A stretch of 64,000 nucleotides of DNA from Takakia lepidozioides (lineage: Eukaryota; Plantae; Bryophyta). Made by a program: the position numbers and the translations under genes. This document shows positions 1 through 11,997 of the stretch, in pieces. How positions within the stretch are numbered: the first letter of the stretch is position 1; the number at the start of each line of letters is the position of its first letter. Under the pieces are notes generated by a model. It saw only the letters and a program-made list of their open reading frames with translations, was not told the origin of the DNA and searched no databases. The stretch lies in the NCBI GenBank assembly GCA_030704615.1, contig CM060733.1:51088001-51152000 (forward strand). The letters run 5' to 3'.

Positions 1-1814
1 AAACTAGCGTGATGACGATGGGAGAAGAGAGCTTAGAGCTAACAAGACATTATGCATGGGATTAGAGAGGATCTATTAGTTTGATAGTTGACACAATATA
101 GAAATCAGAGAGTAGTGAGACAAAGCTACGCTTCGTTGATGCTTGGCGGCCAGTCGGGCGTCCTAGTGATATAAAGGAAACCGTAGAAGTACAAAACATT
201 TTGTGTTGAAGTCATGAAACCAGTTGTGAAAGGAAGTGGGAAGGCTTTATGGTGCACATTTGTGTACGAGAGAACTGGATGTTGAAGGCCATCGTGCCGA
301 TACTGCTCGTGAGCATAATCATTATAGGAACTTAGAGTGCAGATTGCACGAATCAGAACTTGGAAATAGAATTAGAGGTTTGGCACCCTTTGGCACTTTG
401 AAGGACGGCGGGCCGAACTACTAGAGAGAGGCCCCGGATCGTGAGAGGGAAAAGCAAGAGTGAACCAATACCAACAACCGAACACACTCAAGAGCATCCA
501 GAGGGATCAATGGACGGGCATACTGGTTAACGTAGCCATGCTAGGACATATGGAATGAAGCATTGATCACGAACCGTGGGATGCTGAACCAGATAAACGA
601 GATAACGGGGTGCAGGTGCCACGGGCGTCGCCCCAACGTGGGGTCACGATATCTTTACTGAGCATTTGCCATGGGTTGGGAATTGAACCATGAAAAGATA
701 AAGAGTGTGAGTGGCATATGCATGTGTGAGAGGTCTAGTCTAGGTGTCATGATGTTTTCCTGCTTCCGCTGCAGCATCATGCAGCATCGAAACCGGACTG
801 ACAGGTTGTAACTTGAAGAGGGAACGAGAAGAGTTATACTGGTGGGTGATACAGGGCCCCCATTTTTACTTTACATCTTCTTGTTCGGACAAATCCTCAA
901 TACTTATGGTAGTATCAAATTTGCAAAATTGTCGCCACTCATCAAATGTCTTTCTTGCCTAGCTTTCAACACGTCTGCTACGACAGCGCCCTCCAGCATT
1001 TACGTGTTTCAACTCCTCTGCATTGAACTCCCGAAATCGAGAAGTATGATCACCATCAGCAAGTTGGAATCCATCAACGTCTAGATTTTCTTGGTCGCTC
1101 TCATCTAGGGAAGCTTCAGCATCAAGAGTAACTCCTTGATTGGAGTATGAGTTTTTGATATGCCGCTGCTCCATAATAGCAAAAAAATTAGAGGCAATAT
1201 CATGAAGAGAACCAACGATGACAACCTCCGATCTCGTAATGGAATCGAGTAGATGCATTTTTGAATCTCCAGAGGCTGCATGTTGCTTGACTACCGCACT
1301 TTGATGCACATGGACATTGTTAGAATTACTGAACAGATCTCAAGAAGAAATGCTTCATCTCATTGTTTGTCAAGGCAGACACCTCCTCTGTAATTTCCAT
1401 TGGAATGAGCGGGAGACCTTATCACCAAAATCAGCAGAGGAGAAAGATCTAAAGCTAATTGCTCAAAAATTAACAATCACACACTCAATTTATCACATCT
1501 TTGACACCACGGAATATAACAGAAAACATCAGGTGGTGTTGCGTTAGGTGCCTTGAACAAAGATCGAGACCTGTCGACCAGTTTGGCGAAGCAAGTGACT
1601 GCTAGAAGACCGCCGAACTGACAGTTGCAGGTCGAATGGAGCAGGCTCGCGTTCACGAACAGATCCACGGTTAGGGATTTAAGAAAGTGGGCTTGGAGAT
1701 GGCAAGGGTGGAGAAGAGAAAAGAATGATGGTGTACAGGCATCTAGAGCAGATCTGTATTGACAGGAAACTAGTGTAGCATGGCGTGGTGGCTGGGCGGA
1801 CCGGATGTAGCCGG

Positions 1815-2252
1815 TGCTGTGCTTTTTGGTGAGCAGAAAAAGAGGTCGTGAGAAGAAGAAAAAAGATCGATCTGCACTGGTCTATGGTGATAGAATGTGT
1901 TGATGCACGGTGTGGTGGAGGGGCGGACTGGACATCGTAGTCCAGTACTGTGCATAGATAGAATGGCATGAGATGAGTACATAGATTGACAGGTAGATCT
2001 TTTGAACAAGGAATCAGGCCAGAGTAGGAGTGACGATCACTTGATCGATCTGTGAATTTGTAAATGAGGGAAGTGGAATAAGAATAGGGCCTTGGCTGGA
2101 ATTCAGATATAGATGAGAGTCCGGTTGAAACAAAATCCCGAGCAATCAGTTTTCCTTGGAGTTTTGGTAAATTCCATGTGAACAGCAAACCAAGCAAAGC
2201 GCCTGAAATTTTGTCATAGTTGGAGAAATAAAAGAGAGTCAGATCCTTTTCA
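1815..2252 (+). repeat. 5' LTR of the gypsy element
   Basis: Direct repeat of 6948-7385; starts TGCTGTGC, ends TTTCA, followed by the PBS. Confidence 0.95.
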
Positions 2253-2331
2253 AGTGGTATCAGAGCTGGTTTGCGATCGGGCAGAACAGATTGTGGATTT
2301 CGCAATTTCCAGAAGTAGGGTAATCGTGTGA

Positions 2332-5300
2332 ATGAGCCAGATCTTGTTCGGCTCTGTGAGCACGCAACCTGGTGACGACGATCAAGATAGTGAAATGGCT
2401 GGAGATCGTGAGCGCTCAGATGCGGCCAGTCTGCACCGAGCTTCAGATCGCGAACATGGAAGTCAGTTATTTTCCCAGCAGCAAATGGAGGCCTTAGGTA
2501 CTTTAATTCGATCTGAGATACAGAAGTTGGCCCTTGCACAAACTCAAACTGACAAGCGATCTAGGGAGCTGCCTGTGAGTGAGCCACTGAATGAGGACGA
2601 ATCTGAGGCTGACTCCCATGAGGCCAAGATGAAAAGAAGCAAGGATGTCACCAGGGAGATCAGAAGATTGGTGAAGTTGCCAGAATTCTATGGTAAGCCA
2701 TCTGTCAAGCCTGAAGAAATATTGTCTTTCTTGGATACCTTAGAAGAGTTCTTTGAGGACGATTATTCAGAGGAAGCCAAGATACAGACAGCTGCTCTAC
2801 AGCTCCGTGATGCCGCCAAGCTATGGTGGTCGCGTCAGAAGCAGGAACGCCGTGAACACAAGAAACCATCTGTGGATAGTTGGGCTATGTTTAAGACACT
2901 GTTCTTAGCCCATTACCTACCTGGCGACTATGCACACAAGATGAAAGTTGAATTGTTCAGACTGAGACAGGAGACTATGAGCGTGGGAGAGTTTAAGACG
3001 AGATTTGAAACCCATGCCAGTTATTTCCCCTCGTTGAGTGAAGAGGACAGAGTTGATTTTTTTGTCGATGGCCTCAGTGATTCTCTCAAATTTAAGGTCA
3101 AAGCCCACAACCCTCGTACAGAGGCAGAAGCATATCGTTTGGCCTGCAATTTTGAGAATGACTTTGCCCGTGGCACGGCCGAGTTCAAGCCTAGATCATC
3201 TGGTCCTTGGCAGTCACCAGCGAAGAGAGGGAATTGGAAGAGATTTAAACCGTTTAAGAAGGCGGGGGATCAAACTATACGGAGACCGCCAATGAGGGCT
3301 CCCCCAAGGCTCAGTTTCAAAGAACAGGAAGAACACATGCGTAAGGGTTTGTGTTTCTTGTGCCATGAACCTGGACACAGAGCTGCTGAGTGTATGAAGT
3401 ACCCAAATTCTCGTCAGGCTCGACAGACAGCCGCCTTAACAGTTGAAGGACCTACAGAACCTTATGTGGTTGTTGAAATTGGAGAGAAATCAGGACAAGA
3501 AAATGGGAAAGGTCTTAATGTGCGGGTTTCTGCAGCTATCATTGGAGACCAAATAGAGCATGACCCCAGTGTGATACGGGTTCATGGGAGAGTGGCTGGA
3601 ATTCCCACTCAAGTGCTGATTGATACTGGCAGCACTCACAACCTGTTGTCAAAGGATTTTGCTAACAAATTGGGACTAGTTCAAGAAGACATGCAACCTT
3701 GTCAAATCTTGTTACTAGATGGTGGCGTGGATTCTACGCACAAACACATCCCAAAGGTACCAATGGACATGCAAGGAGTACGGACTATGGCTGACTTCGA
3801 GGTCTGGGAGGGAGCTCGGTACGACTGCATCCTTGGCATGCGGTGGCTGGATCCGGTTGATGCTGTGGTGGCTTGCAAATCCGGACTGGTTAGTGGTACC
3901 TTGCCCAACGGGAAGGGATTCAATATCAAAGGTATTAGAGCTCTTCCCAATATATCTGTTTTGTCAGCTATTCAAATGAAGAGATGTATCCGGAAGGGAA
4001 ATGCTCAGCTTTCTGCTGTTAGCTTGCATGAGATCTTGGAAACAAATCAGGGAGAAGGGAAGTCACATCCCAGACTTAGCCTGGTCCTGAATGAATATAA
4101 AGATATGTTTCCTGATGAGCTCCCTGGGATGCCCCCTGAACGGGAGGTTGATCATGCAATCGAGTTGATGTCAGATGTTGTACCGGTTGCAAGGGCACCG
4201 TACATGCATTCAATTGCAGAAAATGAAGAATTAGAAAGGCAGTTGAATGACTTGTTGGAAAAGGGGTATATACGTCCAAGTAAATCCCCTTGGGGTGCCC
4301 CTGTAATGTTTAAGAAGAAGAAAGACGGAACTTTGAGACTGTGTGTGGACTATAGATGGTTGAATAAGGTCACCATCAAGAATAAGTTCCCTTTTCCTCG
4401 TGTGGACGATTTGTTTGACTATCTATATGGGAGTCAAGTTTTTTCAAAACTTGATCTTCGGTCTGGATATCATCAGATACGAATCAAGAATTCTGATATA
4501 CCAAAGACGTGATTTCGATCTCGTTTTGGTCATTATGAATTCTTGGTGATGCCATTTGGGCTCACAAATGCTCCAGCAACATTTACTTATCTGATGAACT
4601 CTCTGTTCCAGAAATATTTGGGGAAGATGGTTTTAGTCTACATGGATGATATACTAATATACTCGAAGTCTGAGGAAGAACATGAACTGCATTTACGCTT
4701 GGTTTTAGACATACTAAGAGAGAACCACCTGTTTGCTAAGAGAAGCAAGTGTGAGTTCTTTGTAGACCACATGGATTACTTGGGATTTTGTATTTCCAAA
4801 GATGGAATTTCAATTGATCCTAAGAAAGTCCAGACAGTGGTTGAATGGCCTAAACCAAGTGATAAGATTGAGGTCAGGAGCTTTATTGGGTTTGCTAGCT
4901 TCCTACGGAAGTTTGTTAAATCTTTTTCACAGATTGCAACCCCATTGACTGACCTGCTTAAGGACTCGAGTCCTGTAAGCTTGAAGGATGTTTGGACAAG
5001 AGATTGTGATAACAGTTTCGAGAAATTGAAGTATGCCTTAACACATGCTCCTGTACTGAAATTGCTCGATCCTACGAAGGGAGCAATAGTATTGTGTACT
5101 GATGCAAGTGATCTTGCTATTGGAGCTGTGCTGATGCAAGATGGGCAAGTGATTGCCTATGAATCTCGAAAGATCAGTCCAGCAGAAAAGAATTATCCCA
5201 CTCATGAAAAGGAACTATTGGCAATAGTTTATGCTCTGAAGATATGGAGGCATTACCTGCTTCCAGTTGATTTTGTGATAGAGACTGACCATCAGAGTTT

Positions 5301-6965
5301 AAAATATTTGACCACGCAACCTCATTTGAGTCAGAGGCAGATCAGGTGGTCAGAACTGCTTCAGCAGTTCCATTATGACCTAAAGTATGTAAAAGGGAGA
5401 GAAATGTGATTGCTGATGCACTTTCTAGGAGACCATTACACGTTAATGTTGTCTCATGCGTCAGTAGCACTATATTTCAAGACATTAAAGGTCAGTATGA
5501 GGTCGATGAATTCTTCAAAGAGCCATTAAAGAGTTTGTCTTGTGATCAGAGAACTTCTATTGAGAAAGAGAAATATCGGCCATACCTTTTGAGAGATGGG
5601 GTGTTATTTTATAATGGTCGGCTTTGTGTTCCCCTGATTCCAGACTTGAGATTGCGCATTATTCATGACAGTCACAATATTCCAATCTCTGGACACCCGG
5701 GCTTTCAGAGAACCTATTGGTCAATACGGAAGCACTATTTTTGGCCGGGTATGAAGAGAGAAATTAAAGAATATGTGCAGAAATGTTTCCCATGTCAGGT
5801 TTCGAAGTCAGAGAGAGTCAGACCTCCTGGATTATTACAACCATTATCTGTTCCTGGATGGAATTGGGAGTCCATTAGTATGGATTTCATTGTGGCATTG
5901 CCCAGGACCAGAAGTGGCCATGACAGTATCATGGTGGTTGTAGATAGGCTGTCTAAGATAGCCCACTTGATACCTACAAGGATGAGTGCTACGGCATCTG
6001 ATGTTGCATCCTTGTACATGAAAGAGATATTCAGGATCCATGGTCTGCCTCGGGAGATTATTTGTGACAGGGACTCAAAGTTCACAAGTCATTTTTGGAT
6101 TGACTTGTTTAAGAAATTGGGAACCAAGGTGAAATTGAGTACGGCCTTTCACCCAGAAACAGATGCCCAAACAGAAAGGACCAACCGTACAATTGAAGAT
6201 ATGTTGAGAATGTACGTTGGTGAAAGACAGTCCTCTTGGGAACAATATCTGTATATGGTGGAATTTGCTTATAACAAGCATTTCCACAGTGCCATTGGCA
6301 TGAGCCCATTTGAAGCTTTATATGGACGAGATTGCTTAGCTCCTGCTTCGCTTATCACACCACCATCAAATGTGCAAAGCGTGAATGACAGAATCAAAGA
6401 GATCCACTCTGTCCTAGTTCTGGTGAAGCGTAGTATGCAAGCTGCACAAGAACGGGCCAAGTTCTTTGCTGATAAGCGTAGGACTTTTCGTGAATTTGCC
6501 ATTGGTGATATGGTGTTTTTGAAAGTTACACCTAAAAGAAGCAATCTAACACTAGGCAAGTGTTATAAGTTGTCGCCAAGATTTTGTGGTCCGTTTAAAA
6601 TCCTGGAACGCCATGGCACAGTGGCCTATGAGTTGGATCTGCCTCCAACATGGAAGATCCATAAAACTTTCCATGTCAGTCTTCTTCGGAGGTATATGTC
6701 GGACTCATCACACATCTTGCCGACGTTGCCTCAAGCCATGAATGATGGTCAGCTGATGGCTGAACCCGAAAAGATTCTAGAAACGCGAGTAAAGCACCTG
6801 TGCAACCGTTCTTGGAAAGAACATTTGATTAAGTGGTTGCATTACCCAGAGACAGAAGCTACTTGGGAGAAGGAAAATGAATTGACATTGAGTTACCCCT
6901 CATTTTCTGTCATTGAGGACAATGACCTGTCTTTGGGAGGGGGAGTTTGTTGTGCTTTTTGGTGA
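2332..6965 (+). pseudogene. gag-pol polyprotein (gag, CCHC knuckle, aspartic protease, RT, RNase H, integrase, chromodomain), disrupted
   Basis: Motifs [30 protein letters not shown], HxxxxxGHPG, CFPC, SMDF, DRD and the chromodomain-like EHLIKWLHYPETEATWE. In-frame TGA at 4510-4512 within RT (KT*FRSRFGHYEF). 1-bp frameshift near 5400 (KGRE/NVIADALSR). Confidence 0.95.
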
Positions 6966-7385
6966 GTAGAAAAAGAGGTCGTGAGAAGAAGAAAAAGGAT
7001 CGATCTGCACTGGTCTATGGTGATAGAATGTGTTGATGCACGGTGTGGTGGAGGGGCGGACTGGACATCATAGTCCAGTACTGTGCATAGATAGAATGGC
7101 ATGAGATGAGTACATAGGTTGACAGGGAGATCTTTTGAACAAGGAATCAGGCCAGAGTAGGAGTGACGATCACTTGATCGATCTGTGAATTTGTAAATGA
7201 GGGAAGTGGAATAAGAATAGGGCCTTGGCTGGAATTCAGATATAGATGAGAGTCCGGTTGAAACAAAATCCCGAGCAATCAGTTTTCCTTGGAGTTTTGG
7301 TAAATTCCCTGTGAACAGCAAACCAAGCAAAGCGCCTGAAATTTTGTCATAGTTGGACAAAGAAAAGAGAGTCAGATCCTTTTCA
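6948..7385 (+). repeat. 3' LTR of the gypsy element
   Basis: Direct repeat of 1815-2252, preceded by the PPT. Confidence 0.95.
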
Positions 7386-7645
7386 TGTTGTGATCCCCCC
7401 CCCCAAAAAAAAAAAAAACGCAAACTCAACAGAAGGTACGAGCCGCCCCTAAAAACTAGAAAGATTTTGACATTTTTCTTACGCAAGGAAATACGATTTA
7501 ATTATTTTGGCATTTCTTTACGCATGGTAATGCTCCTCGTATCGGGAATTCCCAGATTTTTCGGGTCTTCCTCTCAGGCTACTGCCCTGGCCGTCAGGCC
7601 CTTAAATCCGTCCATTCAGGGCATTATCCTATACAAAAAAAACTT

Positions 7646-8340
7646 ATATATATATATATATACAACGCCAACCGAAGCCAGCGTAAATAAGAGCCTCTTC
7701 CCCTTGCGGGTACTGCCCCCTTTCAGGGGTGGGCTCTATCCGCATAGTAACCTGTCACACAGTGGCTAGCATGCCACTTTCAATCTTACGTTATTGAGGA
7801 TTAGGGACGTGAGTGATGTAATAGCTGTGAAGTGTAAGGCTCATAGTAGAGGTGTAGTGTATTTGGGTGGTAGGTTGAGATTATGTCAGAGGTGCCTGTT
7901 CCAGGCACGCTGATGGAGGGCATGTATGATTGGGTCATATTTTTTGTACATAATTGATTGATCTGGATTTTGATTATGACAGAATGCAAATTCCAAAAAA
8001 TGTATTTTGAGAGATGGAAGCGGTTTTGTCGACGGCAATGCCAGTACATGAAGTCATTGGACTAGCAAAATATCTGGGCATAGCCTTGCCAGGCAAAGGC
8101 ACGGGTGCCCTTGGGAACATACACAAGGTAGTAGCCATGGGGGTATAGTGTGGTCCGGTGGGCGACCTTGGAATGTGCCTGCATTGATGAGGTTAAGCCA
8201 TCTGGATTTCGGATGTGAAGTGAGAATTTTGTGGAGTTGTCTAACCCCTTGGTTATGTCTAGTTACCCGCAATCCATGAATTATGGGGTGGTTGCAGTGG
8301 AGAAGTAAGTGGCCATGATGTGTCTAATTGGGGATTTTGG
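7646..8340 (-). mobile_element. 3' fragment of a non-LTR retrotransposon with a restriction-like endonuclease (RLE) domain, Dualen/RandI-like
   Basis: Minus-strand frames give HLLLHC...LRVTRHNQGV...RLCPDILLV, then KIHFLEFAFCHNQ...KKYDPIIHALHQRAW. This matches the RHN / PD / E / K-Y motif series of RLE domains. It ends in a (TA)n tract at about 7646-7662. Confidence 0.6.
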
Positions 8341-8872
8341 GATTAAAAGAGCTGGTGGCTTTTCTTTTCAAATTTTCCAAAGATGCCACAAGGGCCACAT
8401 ACAAACTCTACCCAGCGCCCATGTGGCAAGAATAATAACGTGGCAAGATTAGAAAAGTGGCTATATAACATGTGGCATATTTTAACAGGTCCACATAGGC
8501 AAAATCAAGCTCCTCATATTCAAATACTGCCGCTAGTTTCTGGCGAAAGTTTTTGATTTGTATCTCCCCATAATTCCTTTGTACAAGTAGCTGACCTATT
8601 TTCCGAAATCTGGCGAATTTTCAACAGAAAAAAAAACACTGAAAAGAACCGGCCAATAGCTGCCAGTTATTTGATGAAAACCACCAAATATTTAGGGTTT
8701 GTGCTAGTGGACGGAACCGGACTCGGTTATCTCTAGCCATAAAATACTGTAGTAACCAGTTAGGGTCTGTTATCAAAATGAATCAAATAACCGGCCAACA
8801 CGTGTCTATACACCTAAAGACCCGGCCAGGATTTGTTAGTTAGAGAGGATAGCACCTTAATACGTGGCATAA

Positions 8873-9051
8873 GAGCATCTCCACCCTACGCTGAATTCAC
8901 CAGCGCCTCCTACCAATGGGAACGCCAGAGGGGCATGGGGGAGCTGATTTGCGCGGGGGATAGGGTGGCAGATTTAGGAACGAGGGTGTGCTGAGTAACC
9001 CTTGATCTTTGGCGTTACCGGAGTCTTTGGGGCTCAAGGGAGGAGATGCTC
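8873..9051. mobile_element. Tourist-like MITE (PIF/Harbinger superfamily)
   Basis: TIRs GAGCATCTCCACCCT / AGGGAGGAGATGCTC (1 mismatch), TAA on both sides (8870-8872, 9052-9054), 179 bp. Confidence 0.9.
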
Positions 9052-9250
9052 TAAGAGCATCTCCATGGTGCCACAACACTTGCCCAAATACGGCAATGTA
9101 AGGGCGCGGGGTCATGGAGCTTGCTCCATGGTTGGCTCAGGCCGGTACATTTGCTGCCGGCCCCGCCTTAAATCTGCCTCCCGCCCGGCATTTTGGCCAA
9201 GCATACCGGGACCCGCCAACCACTGTACATAGATTTTTAGTCCTTCCGAT

Positions 9251-10274
9251 ATGGTGTCAGGAGATATTGGCTTCGCTTCTTCCATGGCGGAAGCGAGAAA
9301 CCCAGATATCGTTTCTACTCAAGCTACGAGAGCCCCCAAGGCTGTTTCGGTTCAAGTTGCAAAAGGCAAGAAGGGCCGGAATTTCGTCGATGATGAAGAG
9401 CGACAACTTTGTTGTTCATTTCAGTGCATTTCGCAGGATCCAATGACAGGCAACGGACAAAGAGCGGTTACTTTTTGGGACAGGGTCATGCAACACTACA
9501 ATGCAAACAGACCAGGGGGTGTCTCGGAAAGGCCTGCACGTAGCTTGGAGACCAAGTGGGGCACCATTAAACACGATGTTGCCAAATTTGTAGGTGTTTA
9601 TCAATCTGTTGTTGCTTTGAATGAATCTGGAACCACTGCAGAGGATACACTCATGAAAGCCCTCGAGCTATACACGAGCAAACACCCCAAGCATCAATCG
9701 TTCACGTTTATCCATTGCTGGCTTGTCCTAAAGAACGTCCCTCGGTGGGGAGAAGTTCAACAAGACGTGAGGAGAACGCCGCCCATGAAGAGGAAAGGGA
9801 ATGATGTCGGTGAGGTAGAATTTATTGACATTGAGAATATGTGTATTGCCACACATAGACCCACACCCGGACCTGGACCTGCTTCTGCCAAGAGTCCGTA
9901 GGGGAACAACGCAGCCAAGGTAGATCAAAAGGACCATAAAATGAGGGACTATGCAATCAGAGCCCAGGCCCGTGCCACAGCCGACATGGCTGCAGCCACA
10001 TTGAAAAATGGCAGGTATACTAGAGGATCAATCAGCAATGGCTTTATTTACTTTGCCTGATGATCAATTGCAATCAGATGAGGCAAGGGAATATTTCAGA
10101 TTGCGTCGATCGGAGGAGCTAGCCAAGCTTCGAGCTAGGGTCCAAGCTGCTGCAACTAGCACGGTAAATCAACTTGTGGTGTTGAATGTCACTTCAGAGG
10201 GTGCAACATTTAAAGCTGCTACTACTATGGCTGGTTCAGAGCATGCCGATTCAGTAGATTCAGAATTTGCATAA
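9251..10274 (+). pseudogene. Harbinger ORF1 (Myb/SANT-like DNA-binding, NAM-associated-type), frameshifted
   Basis: ISQDPMTGNGQRAVTFWDRV...RSLETKWGTIKHDVAKFVG...FTFIHCWLVLKNVPRW. Continues out of frame into ORF 10008-10274. Confidence 0.85.
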
Positions 10275-10336
10275 AAGACATAGCAAATTCGATAGAAGAG
10301 AAAAAATAGTCAACTTGAAATGCAACAGCTTTATTT

Positions 10337-11612
10337 TCATTCAATTGAATTCCCCTTGAGTGCCCACAAGTGTTCAATGATATCACTTGTCAAATTGAAA
10401 TGTGTCTCTTGATTTTCAATTACCTCTGTTCCTTACATGTATGCTGGGAATGTGAGTCCACGTCTGTACTGCTCTTGCCCTACTTCTGGATTGTATGCTG
10501 GCTCTAGATTTAATTCGCTCTCATCTTCCATAATCCTGTTGCGGAGCACTACACACGCCATCAAAATATCCTCAATGACATCTCTATCCCATAAGCTGTT
10601 AGGGTTTGCTACAATGTGAAATCTCGCTTGCAACACTCCAAAGCACCGCTCAACGTCCTTTCTGACAGATTCTTGTGCACGCGCAAAGTGTTGTTTTTTC
10701 TCCCCTTGTGGCTCATGAGTAGTGGACACAAAAATGCTCCACTTCGGATAAATTCCATCCACAAGCAGATAGTATCTTGGATACATTGTTCCATTGACAG
10801 TGAAATGTAGGTCATGCCCTGGACCTTGTAACAAATCAGCAATCAATGGAGAACGGTCAAGCACATTCAGATCATTGTTTCCACCTGGAGGTCCAAAGTA
10901 TGATGCCAAATGCGCAAAGATTGCTCTCCCACAGCTTCCAAAATAATTGTTGATTGTTCCCCATCTTTGTCTGTGAATTGCCCCTGCCAAGCAACGGAAC
11001 AATTCTTCCAACTCCAATGCATACAATCCAAGGAGCCAAACATCCCTGGAAATCCCCTAGCTGCGTTGATATTCAATTGTTTCTGGTAGTCATCTCTGGT
11101 TGGCAACCTCAAATACACACTCTCATAAACTTCTCGGATTGCGCGTGCAAATTTCTTCAAGCACAAGATCGCAGTACTCTCTGCCAATCGACAATATTCA
11201 TCACAAGCATCGGCTGCTACACCGTATGCCATCATACGCAAGGCTGCAGTCATTTTTTGAATAGAACTCAAACCCAAATGGCCACAAGCATCTGGGGTTT
11301 GCAAAAGGTGTCATGTGCATACACATCACTGCGAGTTCTCAAAAACAGAGGACGCCTCATCCTGTACCTTCGTCGGAATAATTTGTAATTGTACACTGGG
11401 TTTTCTGAGAAGTAGTCTCTCCAAATGCATTCGTGGCCAGCCTTCGATCAACGATCACTTTTTTGCCAGGAAGAGATCCACCGTGCTTCCGTCTTTGTCT
11501 CGGCTGGTATTGATCCTCAACCATCGATGTATTCAAAAACACCTCTTCCTCTTCTTCATCTTCAAGCTGTGCCCTCAACCCAACCATCTACTGCGCTCTC
11601 CAAAAGATCCAT
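10337..11612 (-). pseudogene. Harbinger DDE transposase, frameshifted with stops
   Basis: QKMTAALRMMAYG, GFPGMFGSLDCMHWSWKNC, NNDLNVLDRSP, YLLVDGIYP, RKDVERCFGVLQARF and IEHLW, spread over several frames. Confidence 0.92.
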
Positions 11613-11997
11613 TTCAACGCTCAAGACTGTGATCGCGCTTGCCAAGTTGTGATCGGCGCTCTCTGTGCCGGGTCGTCTACCGTCCCAACCGTGGAGTGCC
11701 AACCAACCCGTCCCTGCGAAAATTACCGTCGCCCCTGTAACTAGGGCATTGACATGCCGTGCTCACCGTGGAGATGCTCTAAGCATCTGATTGACAGGGA
11801 TCAACTCTTCAACTAATACCATCAACCTTCATTGCGGACCCATACGAGTATAACCTACAAAACCAAAGTTTCGAAAGATTCTTTTCAGACCCAAGGGAAA
11901 AGAGAGTTGGGGGTTGAACCCCGGCTCGTAACAAGTGGCAAACCCTTTTTGGGTGGAATTGCTACCACCCGAGTGGTTCCTTATAATCATAAGTTTC

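Larger units (their letters stand above)
1815..7385 (+). mobile_element. Ty3/gypsy chromovirus LTR retrotransposon, near full length, coding region inactivated
   Basis: Two 438-bp LTRs (1815-2252, 6948-7385) with TG...CA ends and about 9 substitutions by eye. PBS TGGTATCAGAGC (2255-2266, initiator tRNA-Met type) and a polypurine tract GGGAGGGGGAG before the 3' LTR. Domain order is gag-PR-RT-RNaseH-IN-chromodomain. Confidence 0.97.
9055..11779. mobile_element. PIF/Harbinger DNA transposon, complete structure, ORFs degenerate
   Basis: 16-bp TIRs GAGCATCTCCATGGTG / CACCGTGGAGATGCTC, TAA TSD (9052-9054, 11780-11782), two convergent ORFs. Confidence 0.95.

Noticed and set aside
1-1814. ORF 959-1309 and LTR/UTR-like sequence upstream of the gypsy element
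   Set aside because: No recognisable domain, termini or repeat partner inside the window.
1679-2539. 286-aa minus-strand ORF (and the 197-aa ORF at 6893-7486)
   Set aside because: Both are antisense read-throughs of the LTRs with no protein-like motifs; their similarity simply reflects LTR identity.
4510-4512. In-frame TGA in RT as programmed readthrough or a U-to-C editing site
   Set aside because: It lies inside a conserved RT motif of a nuclear element that also has a frameshift; ordinary decay is the simpler explanation.
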